Part shown: in pieces, positions 41,501 through 56,500 of the stretch
How the letters are laid out: each line of letters begins with the position of its first letter
How positions within the stretch are numbered: the stretch's first letter is position 1
Assembly: GCA_965285935.1 (NCBI GenBank)
Contig: OZ260662.1
Span: 41,168,001-41,232,000, forward strand
DNA length: 64,000 nt
From: Ophelia neglecta
Taxonomy: Eukaryota
Reading direction: 5' to 3'
The notes under the pieces: model-generated
Seen by the model: only the letters and a program-made list of their open reading frames with translations
Database searches by the model: none
What the model was told of the DNA's origin: nothing
Program-made: the position numbers and the translations under genes

Positions 41501-44500
41501 TCCTCCCTCTGTTTCTATTTTATTTTTGCCTTTGTTTTATGATATGTTGCTTAAGTAAAAACGAACGTCACACAATAAAACGAAGTTTTGGACTGTCATG
41601 GTTGACCTACACTCCTTTTTATCTGACTATTGCCATATAATTTATATCAGTCTTCCATTGTTCAGCTCCATTTTAACAGTATATCGATATTTTTAGCCAG
41701 ATAAAGTTAATGTGGACAAAGATAAGACCTAACTCTGTTTTCTTTTGTATTACATAGCATTGGGTTGATCCAAACCTTGCCTGGGACCCCAAAGACTTCG
41801 GGGATGTCGACCATATATATGTACCAGCCAAATCCATTTGGCATCCGGACATTGTGCTTTATAACACGTATGTGCTTGTGCTTCTTATAACATTTTTTCG
41901 TTACTAATAGGCTTATTTTGAAACTAACATACCAACTTACAGTAATCCACATCTGTTAACAAGACATGCAGTATTGATTCAATTCCTACCAAAAGACTAA
42001 CGATGGTGAGAAGATTGACGAACAAGGGTATTAACTTTTTGCTGTATAGCAGTAGAAAAGACCATATTAGTTCTAGAACATTCAACATCCACTGAGTTTG
42101 GGAAAAATAACCCTGAGTTACCCGGAATATAGCAGCCATACATGCTCTTTACAGTGGCTTAGAGGGGGTAGACCAACAGCGTGTTTACTGGTTACAATGC
42201 TACTAAGGGATTGTCGGTGTTTTTCAATCTGGGTCCACTAGTCATAGTTACCAACACCTGACACCCTTCCAATATTTAACAATCCAAACAAAGACTGTGT
42301 CAATGAAGCATGATATTCATCATGGCCGGTAAAATGCACCTCGCTAGGATCTTAGAAATAAATATATAGAGTTATGGTAGAGATAAACTACAGTTCTAAG
42401 AAACATCGAGCTGATTGTTCTATTAAATATCTGCGGCTCCACTTTTTTTCCTTTCTATATTGCTATCATTGATCAAAATGGCAAAGGAAAACAATATCCT
42501 TGAATGATCTAGCAACATGAAGGGTTCAGTTGTCAGGAATAAATTGCTTTAAAAATTAGCCTCCGATTGCCTGATTTTCTCATTCGACATATTTTATTGC
42601 ACACTAATGAATCTTGTGACTATGGAACTAGGTGGCCAGAAATGAAAAGAAGCCACTGCACGACTAGTTGCTCCGTTGTGAATTTGGTTGATTATTATCT
42701 CAAAAGTCACTGATTTTGATATGATATTTTATCCATTTGATATGTAGAGCGAGAGTTGTTTTAAATATATTCATAGGGATTGACCGAATAGCGAGAGTTG
42801 AAGAAGGGGCTTGTTTTTTTCGCACTCATTGTCGAAATAGAATAAATCGATTACCTATCCAAGAATATTAATTTACAGAGAGAAAATAACTAATATCAAT
42901 GAAAACTGAATTTTAGCCACCTTTTTTGCACATCGAATTTTCGAGTTGAAAACGCCATTATTTTGTATTGGGGTTAAGGTCTGTCACTATTTTTATCGTT
43001 TCTCAGAGAACATACGGTTGTAAATCGTTCAAATTCGCCCATAACTTGTGGTCTCTGGCCGTAATGACTTATTCACTTAAATTAGATCACATGGCTCATC
43101 GACTGATGCACATTAAAATACAAGGAAATGGAACAATCTGAAGTTAAAAAACCAAACATGGACTTAAGAACATCTACATAGTCAAAGGGGCAAATTTCGC
43201 TCACCGGCTAATTTCGCCCAACCGATCTAAAAATGAAATATCTTCGTAACTACTGGGGCAATCCTCAAAAGGTTTAGTGTAGTATAAACCTGAAGTGGTG
43301 CACCGTCGTTGTATCCGGTATCGGAAATACGCGGGAGAAACGATACGTTCAGCGATGTTCTGGAACAGGATAGGCGATATCAATTGACCTGAGGGGCCAC
43401 AGCAAGTAAGTGTTACCCTTCAATAAAATGCTCACATGTAAACAAGTTTTCATGGATCAGTTATTTGAACGAGTTGGATGAAGTTTTGCATACACTTTCT
43501 TTAAAACTGATTTTTTTCGATGGTATTTTTCCAGTGGAAGACTAAACTATGCCATTATGAAATAATCATGCGGTTTTGTTTAATTCCGCCCACCCTTTGG
43601 CTTTATTTCGCCGGCGATTTAATCCGAAAAGTGGCCGGCGATATTAAACTGGTCGTGGGGCGAAATTTGTATCCCAGTATAGGCCTAATGTATAATTATA
43701 TAGACCTATGTGAACCATCCAGCTGATAATTATGTTCATTATTATATTAATTTTATCAACTTTCTGCCATCAAGGTATTATAGAGATCATTCCTCTCTGT
43801 AAGCTAATGATTCTTGCTACCGTACAGGCCTACATTTTATGGTAAGGGTTGTAAAACAAACCGCCATCCTTTTATACCGTAGCCGGGCCATTTTATTCTT
43901 ATAGCAAGCGGGACTGCATTAATATTATAAAGCCGTCACGGGATTGTTACTTTCTTGGGTTAATAAGCACTTATAATACCGATTTCGTGATATGTTTCAG
44001 ATCTCAAGCCATGGGAAAACCAAAGATGAATTGGAGGGCTCCTCGGCCTGAAAGAACACCAATGCACAATATAACGAAAAAGAAAAGACCGCAAAAGATA
44101 TACGATAGTGAGGCGATACTGAAGGCGGTGAGGAGAAGCCTCAGATCAGCGGCCGAATCACATGGAATACCCGCCTCAACTCTCCGTGGTAGCATCAAAG
44201 TGAAAGAGGGGGTCAGGGTGGAGAAAGTGAAAAAGTTGGGCAGACCATCCATTATAAAGGAGGAGGACGAAGAAAAATTGAAAGATTACCTCTTAAAGTG
44301 TGCTAGAATTGGTGAGTTTGCCTAAAAGCTATTTATGCACATGACAAAGTATTTGAGATGATCCCATTTTTATCTGTCCTTTTATCTGTCTACCAATGGA
44401 TAACAGTCCGTGTCTGTTCTTTTAGGGTGTGGTAAAACGAGGAGACAAGTTCGTGAACTGGCGTATGCAATTGTAGGGCAGAGGGGAACAAAGATGCCAA

Positions 44501-47500
44501 AGAGTTTGGCCGATGAGGGTTGTGCCGGGGATGATTGGTACTACTATTTCATGTCCAGGAACTCAAAGAGACTCTCCCTGCGAAAGCCAGAGAAAGTGTC
44601 AATACAGCGGGCGGAGATGACCAATAACGAAGTCTTTGATACGTATTTTTGATAAGTAATTTGGAGCGTCCGAAACTGTTTCTGAACGCTGACGAGACGT
44701 ACATACCAATCAACATAGACCCCTCCAAAATTGTAACAGACCGCAATATGAGAGGCTGTTGGAAATAACCAGTGGCGAACGTACTTTCTTCTCTTGCATG
44801 GCAACTGCAAATGCTGAGGGTGACATGGCCCCACCTATGCTTCTATACAGTGGTTGGTGAATTTACAAAATAGGCCCATAAGTACCTACAATAAGTTATG
44901 TACATCCATACGTTTTTATGACTATAAATTGCAATACGCGCGCTTATTTATCGGTTAGACGTATAGCCAAAGTGAGGATTGCCAGGAGGTTTTTGAAGTT
45001 TGGGAGCAACCAGCGCCAAGAAACACATCACTGACAAAGCCTAGTCCGGCAATGCACCAAGCCCTCCTGGATACAATGCTCGGAGGTATTGAAGACACAG
45101 ACGACGATCTTCCCTAATCTCGAAACACTGCCGGTCAGTGGGTTGAAACATTGTTTTTCTTTGCGCCAAGTCACAGGGCCTATCTCATATATTTTGATGT
45201 CGAAAGGACGATGTCTAAACGTACGTTTAATTTTTCTTGTGCTCATGGAAAGAAGACAATTTGTATTTTTCTCGTTATATATTGCATTTCTATTGTTTAT
45301 GACAAATTGATTGAAGGTATTAGAAGGTAATTGGTCATCGTTTTCTTTTTTAATGCAATAAAAAAACAAGGTGTTTATGGCTTTTTGTCTAATTTCGCCC
45401 ATTGATATATCAGATTCAATTACATGTATGTCATAGATGTCCCCATAACTTTTTTTCATATTTTAGGATTTAAAATTTTAGCATTTATACTTCACTTCTA
45501 GACTAATTGCAAAATATTTGAATACTTCCTTGATTACGTAGTATTCAATTTAAAAAGTGCCTATCAAAATCTTTACATTTTGCATAAAAAGTGTAGAAAA
45601 ACACCCACATTTTGGTTATTTCGCCCATACGGAAACTGTGGTTTTCAAATATCGGTATTTAATCATCTGATAGATAATATGATACAAAAACACTTTATAT
45701 GAGTGGTTTTTTATTTGCTTTAAGCATAAAGCATTTTTTTAAATGATTGAGATCTTTTTTCTGTGAAGTTTTTATCCAGTTTTAACACTCCCCTATTCGC
45801 ATTAAATCGCCCATGTAATTTGCTCCTTTTGGGCTAATTTCGCACAGTTGAAACTTAATCTCTTTAACCGTTTGGAACACACATTTTCACTACAGGCAGC
45901 TAAACTAAGATGATTTATTCTTTTTATTCAATTCATTTTCAAGCTTTCGCGAGTTAAATGAACTAAATTAAAACATTATTATGGTCCAAAAACAAACAAT
46001 AAGTAAAGTGCCTAGTATTCGTTTAAATTCGCCCCATCAAAACGGTGAAAACCCTGTAGAGCAGATTAACCCTGACTGAAGGGCAGAATTAGCCGAAACT
46101 GGGCGTATTTTGCCAAAAAAAGACTACTTTCTAATTTGCTTTTTTCTATATTCAATATTTAATATCAATTAATATGCCATATACTGTTAAACAGATTTCG
46201 GTGACCACTTTCGAATGATATGCGACAATCCCGGTGGAAAAATAGGCATGTGAATCTCAAATAGGCCCAAACGTCAACTTTCCAAAAATGGGCGAAATTA
46301 GCCCCTTTGACCTCACTCCGATTTGAGATGGTGGTAAATGTCGGAAATCTATGGGACTTAAGTTTTCTTTCGGCACAGGTCAAAACACATATATATTGGT
46401 TTGGACGTTAAACATGTAATGGGGGTTTTAATTTTATATGCCTATCTCTTGATATGCAATGAAACTGACATCTTGTCTGATTTTCCAACACGACCTCTGG
46501 CGAGTAATTGTGATGCTGATTCTTTCAATCGGACTTATAAACCATGGTAACGGCAATGATAGTCTAATAGTCTTAACAGGAAGTTTCCACTTTCAGCGGT
46601 ACAAGGCGAGATTAGTTGTGGGAAGTGACCCCGTTTAAACATTGGGCAATGCACTACGTTCAGTTAGAGTCCCCATCTACTAAAGGAGCCTAGCTATAGG
46701 GATTCATCAGACTATGTGTCAGTGTCTCGTGTTTCCCATTGAGTCCACTGGCCTACTAGCTCTCATCTTAATTCAATGTAACCTGGCTGAGATGTCTTCT
46801 TTTCAGTGCTGACGGTTCTTACGAGATGACCCAGGGGACAAAAGCCACTGTGGATCACACTGGCCTAGTTCATTGGACGCCTCCTGCCTCCTTTAAGAGC
46901 TCCTGCACCATCGACGTGACTTATTTTCCCTTCGATGAACAGTATTGTGAGCTGAAGTTCGGCTCTTGGACCTATGATTTCAATGAGGTAAGGTTAATTA
47001 TCTTAAGGAGCACACAAACGAACTCGACAAACAATGTGGACGTGCCAACCTTGCTTCCCAATTGTTGTCAATCGCGAAGACAGCAGGTCGTTTGCGAAGA
47101 CACAGGCTAGGGCCGGAAGGCTGGGATAGACTCCCATTTCATTACGCCCGTAGACAGGAATAGATTCATTTCCATTACCTCTAGTATTGTTTCATTTAGC
47201 GATTTTTTCAGGCCGCTGGACAAACATTTGCAGCATAAGTGTTGTTGGAAAAAAATTATGCTAAAATATTCGAACTGTGCCTTAGAGCCACGACTGAGAT
47301 GTTAATGGTTCAGACTAGTTGTTCACAATTGGAATCTACACTTTCTCCTGGGTGTTGGTGCCAATGTTAAAATTGGGTTCATTCATTCTGTGCCCTCGCA
47401 GGCTCTATACAAGATAATGGTGTCTTCTGTATTTATTTGTCATGGATGGCAATGGATGGGCTATGGTGCCCAATGCTGTTCTCCTGCACAAACCTCGTCT

Positions 47501-50500
47501 CCTCACAAAGCGAAGCCTCGTACGCGTAGTACATAACACAGAAAATACATCAAGAATGGTTCAACATGGATACAAAACAGCCAATACCTCTTAATCATGG
47601 TAATAACCATGAGTATAAGGCTATGTCTTCCGTTTCCGACACATATAGTTAGCCACCAACACTGTTTCGTGCATTTTGTATGTAGAAATCTATACGTACC
47701 AGTATTTCCAAACAAAGATTAGCTGTAATATGGTAGCAGGAATGGAAATATTCTGAAATAAGCGTATAAATGTGATAGTTTGGTTTGTTCCATGGTTAAA
47801 GAGAATCAAATAAATAAAACAAAGCAAATTTTAAAGAAGAGTCAATTGGCAGCAGAGAATCTGAGTGAGCTTAGGGCAAGCTGTCGTTTGTTCCCACCAT
47901 CGGAAAGCTCATGTTTTCTTTAGACAGAGTTGGCATCATAATAGATGATGATAATTCCAGTCAACTTTTAAAATCATTTTATAAGGTTGAGGTTGCTTAT
48001 CTTATAGATGTGTTTGTCATTTTGGTAGCAGGAGACGTTAAAGTTTAATATGTTTTTGTACCAACTCCCTGCTCGCACAAGAAGCTTCTATTATTGCAGA
48101 AAAAGATATTGACATTTCAAAGAAAAAGTTGTGCTTGATATCTTATAAATAGCTGACATAAAGAAAAGAAATAAAACGGTTATTTCGATCAATCACATCA
48201 GATATTCCGCTTTTTGTAACCGACTCAAATTGGAACATGAAATATCAAGACCAAAGGATGCGAGTGAAGTAAAAAACAAGAAGAAGCCTTCCAAGTGTGA
48301 CCTTTACTCGCTGAAGGATACCTAGACTGGCGAACTGCAGTTACCCCATTAAACATGGCATCCACCAGCAAAAGTCTCAAATGTTTCCCTGCGATTTCCA
48401 TCTTATTCCCACTTAATATATAGTAATCTGAAAGACGGGAATGTGTTTCTAGTGGTTATTAATGGGTCAAATGTCGTCTGATTGTATGATTTTGGCTTTA
48501 AAACATTTATTTTAGCAGGTAATCTAGGGGAGGGTGTCATATGTTTATTTCTCATTACAACAGATTGACTAGCAAAAGTAGTTAAATGTTAAATCATCTT
48601 ATATCATTTATATCTGTCTGTGAAAGGAACAGACCAATTTATGCTCGATCGATTATTGTACAACACAATGCGTTTATTCCATACTTGTGCAGATATTCTC
48701 CTTAGACTCTCAAAACCTATTTCCATTTATATTTCATTTACACGTCCTGTTGGAATATAAGGGGAACAGGGTCATATTTGGCCATCTTTAAAGGAATTAA
48801 ATGATTGTTACGCACTTCCCAGCCCCTAGAAATTATTGATATACCCCCTCCCAGAGCATTGTAGTATATTGTAGTTTAAACTATGCCATGTCTGCCTTTT
48901 TCTAAGATTAAATATTATGTTCAACTGGAATTTTACCATCGTTGCATTTTGTCACAATGGATGCTGGACTTCGGGAGCCCAATGTTGAAAAAGATCTAGA
49001 ATTCTCTCAGACTCAAATTGTCATTCCCAAGCTACCTTTCAAAGCATGAATATGCACTATGATCCCATCCCAATACTAAATCTTTAGCTAGTTACCACAT
49101 CTTAAAAATGAATTGCCGCATCTTTTGATTGTACACAGAAATGGCTACTTTTGTAGTTTTGCGGTCTGAAATATACATTTGGTGAACCCTGGTATTATTT
49201 AATCTATAGTAACACGTAAACAGGTTTTTTAATGTAAATATTTGGTGGTTAAACGGAGTAAAATCATTTTTCTGACATCTGTCGGAGGATGTCATTTTGG
49301 ATAGAGTACCTTATCCAGTTATCCCCAAGTCTCATCTGAGGCAAAAAATTCTTTTCTTTTTCCCCGTGACTGGTTGCAAGTCAAATGATTAATTAAATAG
49401 TCAATTTTGAAGACTTTTGCCGTAGTAGTGAAGCATGCTCAGCAGAGCAAATTAAAAAAAGCTAACTGATGGCCAACAGAGAAAAGATATATTGATCAAC
49501 ACTTTTGGTTGGAATCTTTTGAAAGCACTTCCAACCTACTTCCGGGCCGGGTTCCTGCCAATGGGTACTCATTTTCTCGATTGGATGCTCCTCGTGTGAG
49601 GTGGATCAAGGAACGCCTGTCTGGTCCTCGTTTCTTTATTCGGCCAAAGTTTTTTTTCCGTCTCTCGCCCTGAGTCGGTGTGACCCAATACTATAACAAT
49701 CCACCTGCGTGTTTCGTTTATTTTAGTCGCGGAAAAACTCGAACCAGATTCACAAATAGTTTCGGCCATAATCAGCGTTCGTTATGACCATGGTCAGCGT
49801 TCGCTACGACCATGATCATCGTTCGTTAGAACCATGTTCAGCATTCGGAAAAAAGTGAATATGCACTTCAATTCCAGATTGACCCTTTAAATCAAACGAT
49901 TGAACTTTATCTACTCGATTTATGGAAATCATATTCAAAATATGAAATTTTGCAATAGAAGCCTGTTCAAACAAATGTCAAATGATTGTGGACACAAGAA
50001 AATGCAGTATCCTGCGGTTTCTGACAAAGAACTTGACCCCTTTTTTATAGCTGGTTTCAGCCAGTAGACGTTTTGATCTATTTGTCATAAATTTCTATAC
50101 ATACTTTGTGAAATTCAAACAGCAAATAAGTATATTCCAAAAGCAAAAAAATAAAGGAAGTTCCGGAACACTTTATGAATAATGTTGTTTAACGTACATC
50201 AGTATTGAAAAAATATTGAGGAATCGAAGTAGAAAATGTCAGGAACAAGTGGATTTTATCTACAACAATTTTCGTAAAAGCCTATTCAACGACATGGGCC
50301 AGTATCTTAAATTGTTTGAAATGTCTATTACTTCCCGAAGAATAAACACACATTGTAAATGCTCCTGGGATGAAGAGCTAACTATACCTTCTGGAAGGAC
50401 TGGTGTTTAAAAAGGAAATTAAGAGGCTAAGCATGTGTTTGATAAAAGGTTACGACAAAAGGGAAAAGCATAATACGTTGCTCTAGTATTGCACAAAATT

Positions 50501-53500
50501 GGTAGCCCCCCTATTTAAATTTGTATATGATGCCGCCACTCGTGTTTCCAAATATTTTTATTGTATTTAAATTGGAATATTCTACAGGTTTTCCTACTTA
50601 AAAGGTGGTATTTTTTTTTTTTGACTGGGAAAACATGGCACAGTAAGAGCCAAAAATCTAGGATTAAACGGTAGAAGAAAGAAAAAGTTAAAGGGTGCTT
50701 ATTAAATGAACCAATGGTCAGCCTTTCAAGAAAAAGAGCACATTTCGGATTGAAAAAAAGCAGAAAATGGAGTTAACCAAAATACTTTAATTTAGTAGTT
50801 TATAAAGGGTAAGGCTCAATATTATATGAACTCACAATTTCAGGGCATCAGATAAGAGAGAAACGATTTTTCATGCCTTGAGTACAAAATAGGCGCATGT
50901 TTATTTGGTAGAAAACATTTTTTTAAATGCTGTATACTCGCGTTCATAGATAAATTACCCAGTGCCAATTTAGTATTTTCCACACCTTATTTCTATTTTA
51001 AGGGAAAGAACTTCCGTGCTAACTTCTTTGCTTGCCAGTTATTGACTGTATCCAATTCGATGCTCTTTTATCACGTCCGAATGTCTTCGTAACCATGGCA
51101 ACATTGTCATTAGCAATAGTCAGATATCTGACAGAATTTATGTTACTTTTCATAACCGGTAGTTAACTTTATATTGGCAACTAAATGTATATTTAGTCCT
51201 CTAACAATTTAATAGTTTTCCTGTTGGCTTTCCTTCCTAGTGGCAAATTTAGAATGGTGATAATGGAGCTAAGGTAATTTTATCAAGTGTATATCCTTAT
51301 GGTGGTAAATGTACCCGGCTCATTTTAAGAGATTTGTGAAGTGATGTGTGTTGCCGCCGAGTTTCTTATTATACGTTGTACAAGAATGCCGCATCATGTT
51401 TCAGAATTCATAGTTAAAAATAAACGTCTCTAAAATACGTTTAGAACGCTTTATTCAACAACACAGGCGTTTTTCCCCTTTGTACATATTACAATATTCA
51501 TAAATGTGTTAAAGATGGCAAGAATGCAAAAAATACATAGTTTCATTGAGACCAGTTCAGACTCAATACAATGAGAATCTTAGTATTAACAGAACTATGC
51601 AGAGTATTCGAATAACGCTTGGAGAGAATGAGGAGACAGCATATTTTCTATTTGTGCTTTTTTTCTGGAATGGCTGGGTATGGGTAGAGAAACTTGACGG
51701 ACCTTTTGATCATTGGTTTGTTAAAATGATGATATGTTAACATTGATTTCGGACCACCAGTGACGTAGTTATTATTATGGCTTTTCCAGAATTTGGCTAT
51801 AAGAAGGGGTGGGCGGTAGCCATTTTTTGTCTATGGCTTGGGGTGTTTTCGTCTTCCTTTTGTCTGAGGTTGGGTGCCATGGGTGCCAAATGTCTGGAGG
51901 AGGTCGGGTCCTGGGGTCAAGAAATCGTTGTCCAGGAATCCGCGGAGTCTTTGTTGTTTTCAAAAGATGTATTTCACCGCCAATCCAAAAAATATAACAA
52001 ATAAAATACAAACACGAGATTCAGAGGCAAAATGCTAAAATCCTAAAGGCAGTATGTCTTGGCATAAAACTGTATCGTGTCATGTATCAAGTGTGAGAAC
52101 GTTAACATAGTTTGAAGGTCTAAAAGCAGCGTTGCCCGAAGATACAGCGAAACTGCCCAGTGGTAATTACAGTTAACCACGGCCATGTTCCACAAAAAGC
52201 GGCAATACCGCTTATTAGGATGCAATTTGAAGCAAGTCGGCATCGGACATTAAGGTATTGGTCTTCTTCAGTGATTTGATTGATTCTTTTTTGTCATGTA
52301 AAAATCACAATACAGTAAAAAAGTATTAAAAAAAGACGTGATTGGCACATAGACAAGCAAAATAGCAAAATATAGCTGGCATAAAGGGAAACCTCAAGTA
52401 ATACACCCGCATTACATTACAGGATAGCACCTAAAGGCTTATAAAGTCTTATTTCCAAGGCGGTTCATGTACATGTATGTCTAGTGCATTAACTAATTAA
52501 GACGTTGGAAATTTAAAATGACGTTTCTGTGTGTTTTACGTTACTAGTGGAAAGTGGGACATTCATAGAATACTATTTCTAACAATTATAAATTAAAATT
52601 GAATATCTTGTTGGAAAACTGAACTTCCAAATGCAGCTTCGCTCAAAGCAGTTAGTTTCACAATACGTCTAGCTTGTTCAAGACCTTAACAGCAGCAGGC
52701 AGTCCCCCTGGGCGGTCCATTACACAATAATTAGGGCCTCTATCGACAATCAGTATGGCCTGGACTTCACGCCAGAATGCTTATTTTCCCTTTTTTACCT
52801 CTCATTTAAAAGCGGTTCATGTAAAAGACTGGAGCATAAATGTACGGAAGTTTAATATACAGGAGTTGCGTGTGCCGGAGTATACGATTACTAGTTCTCT
52901 TGCTAAAGGTCTCCCCTCCCCCCAAATCAAAACCCTGTGATATCAAGACCACGGGGACGTGATAGACTAGAATTTTACGACGATATAACCCAGGATTTTC
53001 AAACTGGATCCTTGATATACTAGGACGTGATATACGGTGGACCTAAAATAGGCCAGCAGTGCTTCTAAACCGGGGCTAGGAACCCCGTGCCCCGGAAGTA
53101 ATTAGACCGAGAGAAGTCTATTGCCATTTCCATTAATTCAGATAAAAATTACTCTGCAAATTATTACCTATTCAGAGATTTACTTTTCAATAACGATGGT
53201 GCCTCTTGATGTTATACGGAATACCCCAACCTAAAACAGAAAGGACTAATAATCATAAATAAATTTCAATTTGGAGATTTATTTGAACATTTTCCATTGG
53301 ATTGGGCTTGAAAAACTAGTTTGTGTCCGGGGGTGGGTGTTGAATTAGGCACATGTATCCGGAGGTTGGGGAAGGTGTTATTTCTGGGTAGTCCGGAGGG
53401 GGTGAGTCCCAAATAAAATGCCGCCAAACTTCCCTGAGAAAAGTTTCTGGAAAAGACCTTATAAAAATGCGTTTTTAAATGAGAACGTATCTAGGCCCTA

Positions 53501-56500
53501 TATTTCATGAACAATAATCTGGCTACAATATATTGACTTAAACAAAGCATTAGTGGCTATTTGTCTCTCGGATATACTTGAAAAGTTAGGGACCTATAGG
53601 CCTACATAAACTCAGTGAAACAGATTGGGGACATGGGACTGTGTTCAAGTTTAAATCATTCAGTAAATTACATCACATCGCCTCATGGCACAAGTAGTTT
53701 CACGTAAAAACGGTCCATATAATTGAAAAAAAAAACTTATTTCAATTTTAATGATTTTCTTCGGCAGGTATTGAATCAGAACAAATTTGAGTTCCTCCTT
53801 AAAAGATCCAATCGATACTGATAGAGACACAGTGTTCGGCTAGGTTCAGACGCGTGCACTTTCTTCGACCCAAGGGTGCAATAATCTGAATATTAGCTAA
53901 TCGGGGCTTCTTGTGTCAGATAGTCATGTAGTTCTGAAGAGATACATTGATTCCTTAGGGGGTTCTCCGTGGAATTCTGAGGCCACACGGGCCTGTCAGG
54001 TGTTAGGGTGTCTTCAGACATTTTTAAAAAAACGCGAGTGGTTCATTTCTAGAGCTTTCGAGCTTCGATAGCTGCACGAGTAATATGTTTATGGCGCTCT
54101 TCTCCACGTGAGACCCTACGTAATTTGGGTAGAAGTCTCCCACTGGGGGTTAACATAGATCATCCAGGCTGCGACATCGCGGGGTGATGATGTTCATTTC
54201 CAATTTGCATCTGTGTATCATTTCATTCTTAGTAACTTAAGGTCGTTTTAGCATTGAGGTTTGACAAACCCAATACAACGATATCGACATCATACGTCAC
54301 CATTTCCCTATATCGTACAATGAGTGTGACGTCTTTGTCTACAAAGTAAAAAAGCGTCAATTACGTACATGTGACTTATGAAATCCAATAAAATCAGCTG
54401 TGTAGTTATGAATCCATTGGAAGTGAATTTCACAAGCCTATGTTTGTCTTCTTCGAGTTTTTAATAAAGGATTAAACATTTTAAGGAGCGCACATTTTGC
54501 ATTTCTCGGAAACTATCACCAACATGCGTGTATGGGCGGTTATGCAAACGCGAAATCTGTCGTTTTAGAATTATCGGGTAAGCGCACGCGAAATCTGTCT
54601 TTTTAAGCAATATCTTTATTTTTCTTGCGCATATAAGATAATTGCTATTTGGGGATAGAACAAAATAATGGACCAAATCAAATAATGATCATATCGATAA
54701 TGGTATATAAGCCTGCCAAACCGGTGCAAACATTGCGATATCATATAAAAGGCAACCAATAGGCCTATTTCGTATTAAATCAGGGACTTGTCGCCTTGGA
54801 AACGTCATAACCTACCCAATTAGGCCTAAATGGTGTGCGCCATTTATGTTTGTAGATGCCAACTTTAATGTGCCTGATTTAAACAGAGGAAAGATTTTAG
54901 ATAATATAAATATAGGAAGGTTATATGTGCAAAAAAAAACAAGCAAAAAAGTCGAACAACGAATTTCTAATGTTGCTTACCTGCATCTGATAATTACTGT
55001 ACAGCCAGCTGGATGTTTATAGCTGGTTCATGACGCACGTGGGTGTAGATTTACCTATCAACGAGTTCGGTAATCGCGTTTATTCACAAATATGAATCGT
55101 AATCTTAACGCATTTTTAGAGTGTTCGCGTTAATTTTAATAAGCCTACTGTATCGGGCTACTGTACATTGCACCAAATAGCCGTTATAGAAATATCAAGA
55201 AGTCGCTTTTTATATATGGCTGCTATCTAGGCATGATAATTATAACGTACGAGAACTTCTTTGGGGGAAGCCGTGCTATTGGCTGGAGGGATGCCATTAC
55301 TATAATTTTGGTGCTTCCTTTACAATTCCCAGCTGAATTAATTCATCCTTTGCCGTTATAAATATGCCTATATTGCTATGATCGGGCGGAAGGTCCAAAA
55401 TGGTTTGATTAATTTGGGCTCTGATCTTCCATCTGCTGTTTAAGTCAGTTCTGGTACCCATATCTAGTTGACCTCATGAAGTGAGGCGTCTTTGATGTTA
55501 TACTAGATAGATGAGGCGTACATTTGTTGCTGAGCGGAGGCAGTTATAGGGACCAAAGAAATCAATAACATTGATAGATTCTACCTAGGTGATATCATTT
55601 GGCAAATGATCCTCTGTAAACGGCAGACGTGGAAGTAATTTACGATACACAATAAAGGCGTTCCCCTTTTGGTGTGTCACATCTGACCCGCTTCCGGCAC
55701 ACATTTATGTTTATGACATAACTGTACAATAGCCTACGATCACTAGTTACAATATATACTACTCAGCCTATACTCACGGGCACTCAGGATGGTCTTACTT
55801 TGTTATTGCACTGCTGTAAGAAAATCGATGGGATAAAAACAATGGGTACGCCTCGGAATATATTAGATCATTCCTGAGGAAAATCCGCGCTAACCCTATA
55901 ACCTACGCTGACATACCCATACAGCCAAGACCTCTCCCAAGTATTTGCTCCAAATGCCCTCGGTTGCCTTATGAGTAAAAAAGTTCTTTGTGGCGGAAGC
56001 TGAAGAGTACCAAATACTTTTTTTTTTTTTTGTTAATTTGGCACATGCACATGCGCGACACATTTGTAAGTGCATGTGGGGTATTTAATCATGCTCTAGA
56101 TAGGGTCCTTCGAAGCAGACGACGAGCTAAACATAGTGCAAGGCCAACTCATTTGCTCTGCAGTACCGGTAAACCGGCCCTTGTGGGTTTTTTTGTGGCA
56201 AGATCTGGCCTGTTGAATAAAATCAGGGAAGGGTGGACTGTGCTGCAGCCATCAATCATATACTAAGTGTCTAGGCTTAAGTCTTGCAATTGGGGTAATT
56301 ATTCTTTATAGGTGAATTGAATGCATAGCAACGTTATTCCAAACACCTAGCTCAGGTTGCTATGTGAGCTTTCTAGTTTAGTTATAGAATTTTCGTTGCC
56401 GCCAATTGTTGCATTTAATAAATCATCGAAAAACCATAGGGCCAGTAAGATGGCTGGACCAACACGTTTATTTTTGATTTTATAAATAATTGGCTCTCCA

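Noticed and set aside
49766-49847. CRISPR-like array
   Set aside because: Contiguous tandem units without spacers, no cas genes, eukaryotic context.
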